Source: Blastocladiella emersonii ATCC 22665 (taxonomy: Eukaryota > Fungi > Blastocladiomycota). Taken from it: a stretch of DNA of 64,000 nt. This document shows, piece after piece, positions 1-12,063 of the stretch. Made by a program: the position numbers and the translations under genes. A model generated the notes under the pieces. The model searched no databases. It saw only the letters and a program-made list of their open reading frames with translations, and was not told the DNA's origin. The stretch lies in the NCBI GenBank assembly GCA_025594325.1, contig JANHCV010000001.1, positions 4,712,001-4,776,000 of the forward strand, read 5' to 3'. Position 1 is the first letter of the stretch; every line of letters starts with the position of its first letter.

Positions 1-4
1 TGCC

Positions 5-1899
5 ATGTCATCGACCAACGCCGTCCATCCCGCGGCATCGGCGGCGTCGCCCGGGACCGGCGGGCCCAAGGCAGCCATCGCCTCTCACGGCTCGGGCCAC
101 CACCATGCATCGAGTTCGTCATCCGCCAACCGGCCACACCATGACCCCGCACACACATCCTACGAGCCGACGCAGGAACCCGAGGGTCTCATGGCGTGGC
201 TCGCCGTGAACTGGCGGCTCGCGCGGTCGTTCCTGTGCACCCTGTACATTCTGACGGGCGCGGGCGTCATCTACCTGTTCTCGAGCTACGCGACGCAGCT
301 GCGCGACCGGCTCGGGTGCTCGCAGCTGCAGCTGTCGCAGCTCGCGAGCTCGGGGAACCTCGGGGTGCGCTCCATCCGCCCCGCGAATCGCTACTCCCAA
401 CGCTGACGCCCTGCCCCAACTCGGTAGCTCTACCTCGCCGGCCCGTTCATGGGCTTCTTCATCGACCGGTACGGCCCGCGGCCCATCGCCGTACTGAGCA
501 CGCTGCTCATGTTCGCGAGCTTCGCCGCGGTGCGGCACGCGTACGCGGCAGCGCCGGACACCATCTCGCCCGACTCGGCCCCCGCGACGCCGCCGGGCGT
601 GCTCGCCCTCTTCTACGTGTTCCTGGGCATCGGGTCGAGCGGCGTGACGCTGTCGTCGGTCGCGCTCAACGTGCGCTCGTTCCCGGCGGCGATCCGCGGG
701 TTCGCGGTCGGCGTGCCCGTCTCCTTCTACGGGCTCTCGGCGTTCGTGTTTGTCCAGATCAAGCGCAAGTGGTTCGAGAGCGCCGACGAGCCCGTCGTGG
801 GGATGCTCGGGTTCCTCACCGCGATCACGGCGTTTTTGGGGGTCGGGTTCGTCATTGCGGCGCTCGCTATGTGGGAGGTGCCCCGCACAGATGTCGAGGA
901 GGTGAGCGAGGCCGAGGCGGCGGTGCTCGTCGACGACGAGGAGACGGTCGTCGGCGGTACGGTGGCCGACGAGTCGACTGTGGTCCCGACCGCGCGCGGG
1001 CTCGGCGAGTACCTCCGCCAGATCCGCAGCTGGGTCCTGTTCGCCGTGTTCTTCCTGGCCGCCGGCACTGGGCTCATGTACGTCACATTCCCGCTTCTAC
1101 TAAACGAAACTGACCCCCGCCGCCTCGTAGGGTGATCGGCAACATCGGCGCTGTCGTCCTCGCGCTTTCTCCGCGCGGCGCGCGGTCCACGGACCCGCTG
1201 GTGCAGGCGCGGCAGGGCACGCAGGTCGCGGTGCTGTCGCTGTTCAACGCGGCGGGCCGCGTCGTTTCGGGCATGGGCAGCGACCGCACGGGTCCCGCGA
1301 CGCGCCCGTGGTGGCTACTCGGGTCGCTGTCCGTCATGACACTGGCCTCGCTCTTCATCACCAGCGGCGCGCTCCCATCCTCCGGCTCCGACGCGTCGTG
1401 GGAGCTTCCGCTCGCCGTGACGACCGCCGTGATCGGGTACGCGTACGGGACTCTGTGGAGCCTGTGCCCGGCGATCGTCGCCGAGTGGATCGCGCCGGCC
1501 AAGTTCGGGTCCGTTTGGGGGTTCATGACGTGCGTGCCGGCCCTGTCGCAGCAGGTCACGAACACGGTGTTCGGTGCGCTCTACGACAGCCACCGCGGGG
1601 CCGACGGCGGCGAGTGTCACGGCACCGAGTGCTTCCGCGCCGCGTACGTGGTCACGGCGGCCATGTGTGTCGTCGGTGCCGGGTGCGCGCTCGTGCTCGC
1701 GCTCGGGTGGGTGCCCGGGTCGCGGCTCGGCGGAACGACGCGGTACGTTCCCGTTGCGGACGAGGACGAGCTCAGCGCGGCGGCGAGCAGCGGTCGGAGC
1801 GCGGGAGCCACGGCAGCGACGCAACGCGTCCCCGCGCCGTTCGTTACCAGCGAAAACGGCGACCGGTCGCCGCTGCTCGAGCCGCCGCGGCCCGTGTAG
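5..1899 (+). CDS. MFS transporter, nodulin-like/MCH1-type (3 exons)
   Basis: ORFs 5..406, 449..1135 and 1132..1899 join through introns 365..427 (GTGCGC..TAG) and 1078..1130 (GTACGT..TAG). The product has multiple transmembrane helices and the MFS loop motif GFFIDRYGPR. Confidence 0.85.
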
Positions 1900-1943
1900 T
1901 CGGCCGGTGTCGTTTTTTGAATCTAATTTATTGTTTACTCCAA

Positions 1944-2570
1944 CTACCGCGCCTCGTCGGGAATGTACTCGGTGAGGTCGACGTCAAGCAGCGTCTTGAC
2001 TTCGGCGACCAGCACGTCCTCGAGGACGTCGGCGGTGGCGGGGTCGGCGAGCTGGCGCGTGTCGGCCCACACGGCGCGCGACGCGACCCAGTCGAAGCGG
2101 CGCGGGCCCGACAGCGGGCTCGACAACCAGATCTGCTTGTTGGGCGGCTGCTTGTTGAGCACGTAGGTCCCGTGCACGCCGAGCTTGAGGGTCAGGACGC
2201 CCGACTACACGCACGGCGGCGCGGGTGTGCACGATGTTGGTCACTCGCGATTGCGCAGGTCCACCAAGAGGACGGCGCGTACCGAGTACGTCACATCGTA
2301 CCCCGCCAGCTCGATCTCGTCGCCGAGCGTCTCGAGCCCCTCGAGCACGGCCTCGAGCGTGTGCTCGGCGCGCTGGTGGTACTCGGTGTCGGACAGCGAC
2401 GACTCGACGGCGCGCGCAGGCGGCACCGCGTTCCACGCTGCCCGCGTCGTGTGCAGCGAGCGAGCGCCGGTGGCGAAGCCAGCGATGGCCGGGAGAGCGC
2501 GCCGCGGAACCGCCGTGGCGAGGGCGGCGGGCGCCAGGCGCCGGGCGAGGACGTGCATGGAGCGCTGCAT
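1944..2570 (-). CDS. YFH1: Frataxin, mitochondrial iron chaperone (2 exons)
   Basis: Arg/Ala-rich presequence, then [15 protein letters not shown]|[36 protein letters not shown], the frataxin signature. Intron 2205..2282. Confidence 0.95.
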
Positions 2571-2773
2571 TGCGATGAGTCTGCTTCTGATTGACGGTGG
2601 AGAGAGAGGAGATGACGGCGGCCGCGGCGATCGCTCGTTGATGGCCAAGCGCGCACGTGTGTCTCGCGCAATCGTGCGAGACGCGTTTCGTGACGCGACT
2701 TTGATTCCAGCTCTCCTCCAACCGCCCACATGCAGCTTTCGTAGACCCACTACTTCATGTAAACACCTTCGCC

Positions 2774-4091
2774 ATGTCGCCGATCCCGGATCCGGGCTCG
2801 ATCAAGCACCCGTTCAACGACCCGACGCGCCAAAACTGGGCGTTCGGCAAGCGCGCCGTGCCCAAGCTCGTCGAGGAGAGCACCGCCGCCGACCATGACC
2901 TCAAGCTGCAGGCCCTGCACTCGCTGACGTGCCGGCTCCACGATCAGCTCGATGTGTCCGAGGCCCTTGCGACGCGTACGGTGGTTTGCTGATGTGGCGA
3001 GGCGGAAGGCTGACTTGGACGCGATGCGTAGCACTCATCGACAGCGTCAAGGGGTCCATGGCGCACCCGCAGGCGCTGATCCGCGCGCGCGCGGCGGAGA
3101 TCCTCGCGCTGCTCACCGGTACGGGCTTCAAGAGCCGTCCAGTTGATCGAGGCTGACGTCGAGCGAGCGTTCCCAGAGCAAGAGGAGGGCCGCGTCCAGG
3201 CCATCGCCAAGGGCACGCTACCCGTGGTCATGGACCGGGTACGCCAGTCTCACTCCATCGCAAGACGCACGCGCTGACTCACGCCGCGCCTCCAGTTCAC
3301 CGATACCGACACGGCCACGCGCACGTTCGCGTACAAGACGCCCGTCAACCTGACGCAGTGGGAGCACCGTACGCCCTACCCCACCCTCTCCACGATCCCT
3401 CCCAACTCACCTCCGCCCCCGCGTAGTCGTCCCACAAGTCTTCGCGAGCGCCCCGACCCTCGTCGACGCGCTACTCGCCAACGTAGCGCCGCAGTCCAAG
3501 CACGACTTCTCGATCCTCACCTTACTCTTGACCACGCTCCAACAACTCGTGACGCACGGCGGCGTCCCCGTCGTCACGCACGCGCTCGACCGCGACATCG
3601 TCAAGACCCTGACAGCTTTCCTGCGCACGCTGACGGGCGGCGTAGCCGCGCGGACGCAGGCGCTGCTCGCGCTCGCCGCCGTGTGCACGCACGTGTGTCG
3701 CCTTCCCGCGGTCCTGCCGGCGTGCCAGCGCGGCGGCGTGATCGCGGTCGTCCTGGCGGCCGTCGAGTCCGACCCGGCGCCCGCGGTGCGCGCGGCAGCG
3801 CTCGAGGTCATGGCCGCGCTGAGTATCCACGTCGACGCGAAGAAGGAGCTGGTCAAGGCGGGCGCGGCGGAGCTGCTGATGCGCGTGCTCGGGAACGGCG
3901 GGGAGGAGGGCCAGGACGTGTACGTGCTGATCCACGCGCTGTCGGCGGTCAGCTCGCTCGCCGAGGACGCGGGCGCGCGGTACACGTTCCAAGATGCGAT
4001 CCAGCTGCTCGAGGACCTCAAGGCGCACCCGGACCCGCTCGTCGCCAAGACGGCGACGACGGCGACCCAGGTGGTGACGTGGCGTTCGTAG
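2774..4091 (+). CDS. RSPH14: Radial spoke head protein 14 (ARM-repeat, flagellar), multi-exon
   Basis: N-terminal AFGKRAVPKLVEE..LQALHSL..LHD, ARM-like repeats in ORF 3528..4091, and C-terminal TATQVVTWRS match the recalled RSPH14/RTDR1 pattern. Several short GT-AG introns lie between 2976 and about 3500. Confidence 0.8.
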
Positions 4092-4156
4092 TTTCAAAAG
4101 GAGTACATATGTATCAAGTGGTGGAATAGACGAGAGAGTACTCTTGCCCGACGTGC

Positions 4157-5212
4157 TTACTCTTCCGCGTCGAGCACGGTGCCGGCATCGGTCATGACGC
4201 CGTCGAGCTCGACGGACGGCGTGGACGCGCGGGACTTTTTCGGGGACTTGCGGGGCGACGCGACAATGGGCTTCTGCTGCTTGAAGCGGCGCTGCAGGCC
4301 GCGGATCATGGCGTGGAACCAGTAGACGTTGAGCGAGTTGAGGATCACGTTGGCCACGGCGTACAGCGCGAACAGCGCGGCCGGGATGTGGTCGATGACC
4401 TCGAGGACGGAGACTGCGTGCGTGTAGGGGTTAGCGTTGAGGGCGACGTGGGAAGTAGGCGCGGATTGAAGCGTACCGAAGAAGTGGTAGGACGAGTAGA
4501 AACCGACGGCGATGCGGGCGCAGAAGAAGGTGGTGAGGAACACGACGCCGTTGGCGAGCTGCAGCTTGCTGCCGGCCCAGCCGCTCTTGTCCATGAACCA
4601 GTGGGCGTTGAGGAAGGGCGTCGAGAGCTCGTAGAGCAGGAAGACGGATCCGTAGTAGAGGAGGAACGGGCGCTACTTAAGAGGATGCGGGTGAGACATG
4701 ACGAGCACGGCGAGGACAAGGACGGAACGTACGAAGGAGAAGAGGTACACGGCGAGACACGCGATGCCATGGACGAGGAAGCCGACGCCAAACTCGCGCA
4801 CGTAGACGAGCGAGAAGAGCGTGTCCCACAAAAAGTAGCCGCACGCGATCGCGTACGCCGTGCCGGCCGCGTGCGTGTACCCGAACACCTTGCTCGCGTT
4901 GAGGACCGGGTCGGACAGAAGCGGGAACACGAGCGACACGATGACCAGCGCGTGGACCGACGACACGACGTGCACGTCCCAGTCGAGGCGCTTGATGGGC
5001 GACAGCTGGCGGTACGCGGTCGGGAACAGGCGCGGGCTCAGCCACTGCGACAGGACGATGATGAGCTGGCACCCGACGGCCGACGCGGCCAGGACGTGCC
5101 AGTGCGCGGCCAGCGTCGTCAGGCCCAGCGTGTGCGCAACCCACTCGACGGCCGCCGGCGGCGGGAACGCGACCGACAGCTGGCTCGGGTCAATCTGGGT
5201 GACGGGGATCAT
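4157..5212 (-). CDS. TLC (TRAM/LAG1/CLN8) domain membrane protein, TMEM56/Tda4-like (2 exons)
   Basis: WDVHVVSSVHA, AIACGYFLWD, FLVHG, ELSTPFLNAHWFMDK and LNVYWF motifs. Intron 4673..4732. Confidence 0.88.
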
Positions 5213-5936
5213 GGAGGCGGCGGCGGGCAGGCAGGGCGACTACGCGGATGCGGCAGCGGCAGGGATGGGCTCGGCGTCAGCGTCGGCTTCGCGGGCAGGG
5301 ACCATGGGCGGCGGGCGGGGCCGGCTGGAGGGCCGCGTGGGTCGGAGCCGTGCCGCTCGCGCACATGGCGGCGGCACCAGTTCCGGCTCCAAGCAGGGCG
5401 TCAGGCCGTGCATGACGATCGAATCGCTTACATTGTGATAAATCGCTGCTTGGGCGAGGGAGAAGCGAGCGCGGCAGGGCGGCCGTGATGGAGTCAGCAG
5501 CGCCGCCGCGTCCGCGCCCGCGATCGGAACGCGGCTCGGCCGCCGCTCCCGCTTCCGCGTCGACGTCACCTCACGCTCCCTCCATCACCGTGCCATGCAG
5601 CTCGAACTTGATGCACTTCTGGATGTTGTGAGCGCGGCCGACCTCGCGAGCGTGCCGCGACGGAGCGATCGATCTCGATCCTCGCCTCGCGCGCGACGAG
5701 GGATGCGGCGCAACGCGTCGCCGGGATCGGTGGCGTCTAACCTCGCGCTTAACACGCGCTAAGCGCGAACGTAACACTCGAGGTCCGCCATGGCGACGCG
5801 CCAGGCGACGCGCCAGGCGACGCGTGGTCGCGCGGACCTGCCTCGTTAGCGCGCCCCATGTATCCGCTCCGTGTCCAGAGCCGGCGCACGACCTGCATCT
5901 GCTACTTTTGCACACTTCTTCTCCCACCCGCGAACC

Positions 5937-7539
5937 ATGCCCGTCCCGATGCAGCTGATCCGCCTGCGCGTCTGGTCGCCGCACGCCGCGTCCGACGGCA
6001 ACCCGGTCGTCGGCAACTTCCGCCCCTACCAGCGCCTTTCGGCCGTGTACCGCTGGCTGCAGAAGGAGCACGGGTTCCCCGCCGGCGAGCTCGTCTTGCA
6101 AGGGTTCCCGCCGCGCCGTATCTCGCTCCTTGAGGCCGACCCGGTCCTGGCTGCGTTCGACCTCGGATCGTCGGCCTCGCTCGTGTTTGAGCCGTACGCC
6201 GACATTGTTCCGCGAGGCCAGGTCGCTAAGCCCGACTGGGACGCATTTGACTACGCGGATCGCATCGGCGTGGTACGTTGTCGCCCGTTGCGACTCTGCC
6301 GGGTGAGCGCTGACGCGACCCGCCGCCCTAGCCGCCGCCCTCAAACCACTCCACCCTCGCGTTGACCGTGATCGTCGGCACCGCGCGGCCCGTCCTCGTC
6401 AAGCGCACTGTCCCGCTCGGCTTCTGCACCAGCGCGGTCCACCAGTGGCTGCGTGACCTCGGCCTGGGCACCGGCCTGCTCGCGCTCGGCAACGGCACCG
6501 CCATCAAGCCGAACCAGTCGCTCCTGTCGCTGCAAGCGCTCGGCGTGCGCGGTCCCGCCGCGGTCCTGCGCTGGTCGCCCGTCCTCTCGCTCGTCCCGCC
6601 GGGCGCCGTCGATCCGGACCCGAAACCGCGCAAACCGCGCGCCGCGACCAAGTGCTGCGTCAAGGTGCGCGGCGCGCTCCTCTGGATCGAGTTCATCGCG
6701 CGCGAGTTCCCGCTCTCGGCGCCGCTCGCGCACGTCTTCGAGTGGCTCGAGACCCTGGACGGCGTCGAGACCCTCGGGACCCTCGCCCAGACGGTGCCGC
6801 GCCGCCTGCTGACCAAGGATATGGCCGACACCACGCTCGCCGCGCTCGACTTCGGAAACTCCATGACCCTTAACTTCGAGAGCCTCGAGTCCATCGAGCG
6901 CCGCATGCGCCAGATCGCTATCGCCGCCGAGGACGAGCGCGTCGCCCGCGAGCTCGACCTGCGCGAGCGTGCCAAGGCCACGGCCGAGGCCGAGCGCAAG
7001 AAGGCCGAGGAGGCCGAGTACCTAGCGCGCATCCAGGACGAGATCGAGGAGGACCGGCAGCGTCGCGCGGCTCGGGTACGCTTTGTGGGCTCCGTGGTGT
7101 ACATGTCGCGGCTAACTCGGATGGCTACCACTTGTAGCGCAACCGCACCGCCGCCATCAACGCAACCCCGTCCCCCGCTCTGCCGCGCGCGCGGCCGAGC
7201 CACCGCATCGAGCCGACGCCGCCGCCGCCGCCTGTGCGCGTCGAGCTCCCGTCGCTCGCCACGGTGCGCGCGGTGCCGCGCTTCTCCAAGACCGAGATCT
7301 TCATCGGCAACCTGACCCACGTCAAGTCGCAGCGGCTCATGATGGCCGCCGACGCCACGTTCCGCGAGCTGTGCCTCGAGCTGCGCCAGAAGGGGTGGGC
7401 GCCCGACCCCAAGTTCAACCTCTACGCGGGACCCAGCGTCAAGTCGCAGCGGTTCTCGCTCGCCAAGCACGGGCAGCTCACGCTCGAGGATCTCGGGATG
7501 GTGCCGTCGGCGACGCTGTGGTATGAGCGGATTTTGTGA
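5937..7539 (+). CDS. Multi-UBX/ubiquitin-like domain protein with a UBXN1-like C-terminus (3 exons)
   Basis: Introns 6273..6331 and 7076..7137 join the ORFs in frame. UBX-type motifs LQGFPPRRI, QTVPRRLL and TLEDLGMVPSATL, plus a charged coiled coil (ARIQDEIEEDRQRR). Confidence 0.7.
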
Positions 7540-7843
7540 ATCTTGGAAAGGGAGAGGTAGACTGGGAAAGGTAAAGGAAGTGTCACGATTTTGTCTCGCC
7601 CCGTGTCTCGCACCCGCCACGTGATGAGCGCCGATCCTCATTTCGCGTCGAATGAATCGAGTCCGTCAGCAGGCTCGCGCCCCAAGACCGCTGCGCTTGC
7701 CCCACCCCCGCTCTCGCTCCCGTAAGCGCTCGACTACTAAAGACATCTCATTCAGGGCAAGTGCGTCGTGCAAACCGCGGCTCGCCATCACCGCAACCAT
7801 CACCACCAAAGCGAACCGGTTTCGCGACCTCTGCCCATCAACC

Positions 7844-9007
7844 ATGTCGAGCCACTACACCTCCCTCACGTACACGGCCGCACAGTCGAGTGCACTGCGC
7901 CACGAGCGCTCGCGGACGCTCAACTGGGTCCGCGCCGGGTCTGGGTACTGGACGCGCCGCGTGTCGCCGCAGCCAAGCAACACCGACCTGTTCTCGACTA
8001 GCGACCTACTCGACAGCCTGCCCACGGTCGAGGTCATCAAGTGCCTCCCGCCATCGGCGCCCGTTGTGCACGAGGACGGGCTTCCCGAGCTCGTGTCCTC
8101 ACCGCCGGCCGTCGAGCCGGAGGTCGAGCCCGTCGTGGAGCACCGTAGCACCCAGTCGGCGCCGCTGCTCACGCTCCCGATGGAGCTGCACATCCACATC
8201 CTGTCGTTTATCGCGCCCGAGTCGGTCGTCGGCAAGGCGACGTGGAACGCCGACTCCCCAAAATCGCCGCCCGCGACCACGGACCTCCTGGTCGCGCGCC
8301 TGACGTGCCGCGCGCTCGCCGCGGCCGCCAACGCCGTCCTTCGCCCCATCCTCGACCGCGACCTGCCCGTCATCACGCTCGCCGAGGAACGCGCGCTCGT
8401 ATACCGCGAGGGCGTCGAAGCGGACGCGCGGGAACCGCTCGCGCACAACCGCCGGTTCCTACGCACGCTGTCGACGGCGCACCTGTCGGAGCTCGCGTCG
8501 ATGAAGCGCCCGCCGCGTGAGGTCGTCCAGGTCGCCGCGTGTCTCGCGGCGCTCATGGGGACCGGCAAGTCGAGCAGCGGCAGCGTGGCGCGGCTCCGCC
8601 ACGACGCGTCGTCGGTCAGCTACGACGGCACCTCGTGGACCGCGACGCGGCGCGCGCTCGCGCGGCCCGAGGCCCGGGCGTGGCTCGCGGCCCTGCACAC
8701 GCGGCTCCCGCCCGCGGTCGTGAACCCGGTGGGCGTCGAGGCGGCGCGCGCGGCGCTCGTGGCCATGGGGATCTCGTACGAGCGGATGCAGGAGGTGTCG
8801 ATGGCCGGGTACCGCGCGCTCATTGTGGTCGCGGCGTGTATCCAGTACTGCGAGCACGCGGGCCGCGTCGAGGCGGCCAAGAAGGCGCACGGCATGCTCG
8901 AGCGCCGCGTGGGGCAGGTGCGAAAGCTCGCGGAGGCGCTCGGGTGCCGCGCGGCGGTTGAAGCGGTCGAGGTGGAGGGCGATGAGCTGGCTCACGCTGC
9001 CGAGTAG
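7844..9007 (+). CDS. F-box protein with a C-terminal dynein stalk/microtubule-binding-domain-like region
   Basis: F-box LLTLPMELHIHILSFI..DLLVARLTCRAL. The later LRTLSTAHLSELASMKRPPREVVQV..SWTATRRAL..YERMQEVSMAG..IQY resembles the dynein heavy chain MT-binding stalk. Start taken at ATG 7844. Confidence 0.7.
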   Translation: MSSHYTSLTYTAAQSSALRHERSRTLNWVRAGSGYWTRRVSPQPSNTDLFSTSDLLDSLPTVEVIKCLPPSAPVVHEDGLPELVSSPPAVEPEVEPVVEHRSTQSAPLLTLPMELHIHILSFIAPESVVGKATWNADSPKSPPATTDLLVARLTCRALAAAANAVLRPILDRDLPVITLAEERALVYREGVEADAREPLAHNRRFLRTLSTAHLSELASMKRPPREVVQVAACLAALMGTGKSSSGSVARLRHDASSVSYDGTSWTATRRALARPEARAWLAALHTRLPPAVVNPVGVEAARAALVAMGISYERMQEVSMAGYRALIVVAACIQYCEHAGRVEAAKKAHGMLERRVGQVRKLAEALGCRAAVEAVEVEGDELAHAAE

Positions 9008-9515
9008 ACAGTCGACTGTTGCCTTGTAAAGAATAGACGAACTTCACCAGACGCGACGCGTTCCGTGATGCGTTCAGTGATCCGGGTAGGCTATCCGCAC
9101 TATCGATTAATTAATTACTTGGCAGGCAGGGGAACGTGACCTGTGCTCGCTCATTGGGCAAAGCTTTGAAGCTGGCGCGCCGGCCCACCGAACCGTCGCG
9201 CCTTGTCCGCCTCGCCGCCCTCTCGCCTCTCTGGTCGCCGCATCGCGAAATAGACACGCTGGACCCTCATACTGTACTCCACCTTAGAAGGACCATCGCT
9301 CTCGAATCGACCCTTAGACGAGCGCGAGCGATTGCCTGGAGCCCATCGCCACGACCCATCCTCGCCCGCTCGCCCTCGCCACCGGCGGCCACCGACCATC
9401 CCGCCCTCGCTACAGCTGTGCTGTCGCTGCCGGCGTCCCTGTCCCTGTAACCCTCGCACCAACCCGGCCTGCGCTGTGCGTGGCGCCCTTGTCCATCAAC
9501 ACCGCCATCATCAAC

Positions 9516-11809
9516 ATGGCCTCGAACGCCCGTTCTTCGCCGCGCCGCCGCACCATCGCCGGCGCCCCGGCCAAGGTGCTGGCCATGGCCCTCGTCCTCG
9601 TCGTCGCCGCCATGTCGGCCTCGTCCATGGTGGCGCTGGCCGCTCCCGTGGACTCGTCGTCGTCCTCTGCAACCGGTACGTTCCCTCCTGCTTCTCCCTT
9701 GCAGCTGCTGTGCCGCAGCGAACGGCGACGCCGCCAGACGTGTGTGGGCTCCGCCACTCGACATGTGGCGTGCGTTCGCGGGGCCACACCGCCGCGCGAA
9801 TATCGGGTCACTCACCCTTGCATGAATATCTGCTAGGATCGGCCATCGCCGCCCCCTCCGCCACCGCGACCGCGAGCGTGAGCGCGCCCGCCGCCTCGGC
9901 CACGGCGCTTCCGCCGCCCGTCGGCTCTGCGAGCCCTCCCCCCGTCGCGACGACCGCGCCGCCCGGGAACCGTAACCGTCCCACGCCGTCGCCCACGGGC
10001 ATCGTGTCGGCCATCGGCACACCGTCGCCGGCGCCCGTCGTGCCGCGTCCGCCGCCCGCTGCGAGCCTGATCGTGCCGGTGCCGCGTCGCACCTCGGTGT
10101 CTGCTGCGCCACCCGTGGCCTCAGCTAGCCCGGTGCCCCTGCAGCCGCCCGCGGAGAACAACACGGAGCGCGAGTCGACGGCGCCCATCGCCAACCTGCG
10201 CTCGGGCGGCGCGCTCGACGAGCAGTCGCAGTCTCCGCCGCCCGTTGCCGACACGGCCGATCCTGTCGCCCCCATCGCCGACGCCGCGCCCGTCCCTGCC
10301 CCTGCCCCCGCGCCGCCATCGGGTGATATCACCGCTGCGACCGGCGCGCCCGATGCCGCGAACAGCAGCCCCGTGGCGCCGTCCGCGGACGCGGGTACGC
10401 CGCGCAACACGGGCGCCGTGGGCGCAGAGGGATCGACGTCCACGGCGTCCACGGCCTCGTCGTCGTCGCCGCTCGTCGCCATCTTCTCGACGCTCGGCGT
10501 CGTCGGCCTCGTTGCCGGCGTCGCGGGGGTCTCGTACATGCGCACGCGCGCGCGCCGCGACGGCGGGGCCGCGCTGCCGTGGGGGCTCACCAAGAACCAC
10601 CACCGCGGGAGCGCTGACAGCGGCAACGCCGCTGCGGCTCCCGCGACGGCGGCGGCGACGGCGCCGTCGCCCGCGCAGAACTCGATGCGGTCGATCGGCC
10701 CCGCGGCCGTCGCGCCCACGGCCGGCGGCGACTCGGGCAGCCTGCGCCGCCAGCACAAGTTGGCGCTGTTCCCGACGACGCAGGCGGTGCGGTCTGCGCC
10801 GACGTCGCCCACGACGCTCGCGCGCGGCCGGCTCAACGACGACGAGGACGAGGACGCCGAGTCCACCAAGGCCGTGCCCTACACCAAGCCGCCGTCGCTC
10901 CCGCGCCTCGCGCGCACCGCGTCCATGAACTACCGCCAGTCGCACCCGTCGTCGTCGGGTTCCGGTTCGGCGCTGCCGTCCGCGCTCATGTCGCTCGCCA
11001 TGGTCCCCGAGGAGGGTGCCACCTCGCCCACGACAGCTGCCGCCGTCGCGAGCCTGTCGCCGACGCCGTCTGAGGTCAAGACCCTCGCGCGGACCTCGTT
11101 CGCGTCACTCGAGTCGCACGCGGCGCCGCGCCTCGTGCACATCGACCCGGACCGCGACCGCCGCTTCGTCACGTCCGTGTACACGCTCGCCACTTCGCTC
11201 TCGTACCGCGACTCGCGGCGGTACTCGGCCACCGACTCGGAGATTGCCGCCGACGAGCTCGCCGCCAACACGGCCGCGAACGCCGGCGACGTCGACGAGG
11301 ACGCGGCTGTCTCCCTCGCCGCGGCGCTCGCCGAGCTCGAGTCCCCGCCCGCCTCGCCCGTGCTCTCGGACGTCTCGGGCACGCTGATCGGCGGGTCGCG
11401 CAACCCGGCTGTTGCGCCTGCGTCGCCCATCGTCACGTCGCCGAGCGCGAGCACGGACCTCGCCGCGTTCCTTGCCGCAACGCAGCACCGTCTCGCGCTG
11501 ACGGCCCCCGGCGCCGCGTACGCGCGCGAGTCGCTGGGCGCGGCCAGCGACACGCCGTCGAGCACCTTCTCGTTCCACGCGCCGTCGTCGCTTTCGCGGT
11601 CGACCCCCTCGCCGACCCCGGTCGCGGCGGCAGCCCGGCCGCGCGCGCGCCGCGTCGCGATCCCGTATGTCCCTGAGCTCGAGGACGAGCTGGCGCTCAA
11701 GCGCGGCGACCTGGTCGCTGTGCAGCAGCTGTTCCACGATAACTGGGCGGTCGGCGAGAACCTCACGACGGGCGAGTCGGGCGCGTTCCCGATCGTTTGT
11801 CTCGAGTAG
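9516..11809 (+). CDS. Type I membrane protein: signal peptide, Ser/Thr/Pro-rich ectodomain, one TM helix, C-terminal SH3 (2 exons)
   Basis: Intron 9676..9836. TM helix VAIFSTLGVVGLVAGVAGVSYM. SH3 YVPELEDELALKRGDLV..DNWAVGEN..GAFPIVCL. Confidence 0.8.
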
Positions 11810-12063
11810 ACGACGGTTGTTTTGTGATTCTACTTGGCCATATTATACTACGTTTTTGAACCATCTTGCTGCGCAGCCTTGGGTGTGGTGACCGTGAGCG
11901 ATCATGGCCGCGGCAAACTGCGCGGCCACGCCCGACGCGCAAACCACTCTTGACGAACTCTCCATGCGGAAGGATTAGGGTCGAACGGACGGTTTGGCAG
12001 TGAAATGGTACTATATACGCTATAAACATCAGATCAGATCAGACTCTCTCTAGTGAGGGACAC

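Noticed and set aside
5790-5830. Short tandem GGCGACGCGCCA repeats in the TLC/UBX divergent promoter
   Set aside because: Only about three 12-bp GC-rich units are present. That is plausible by slippage, and there is no evidence of function.
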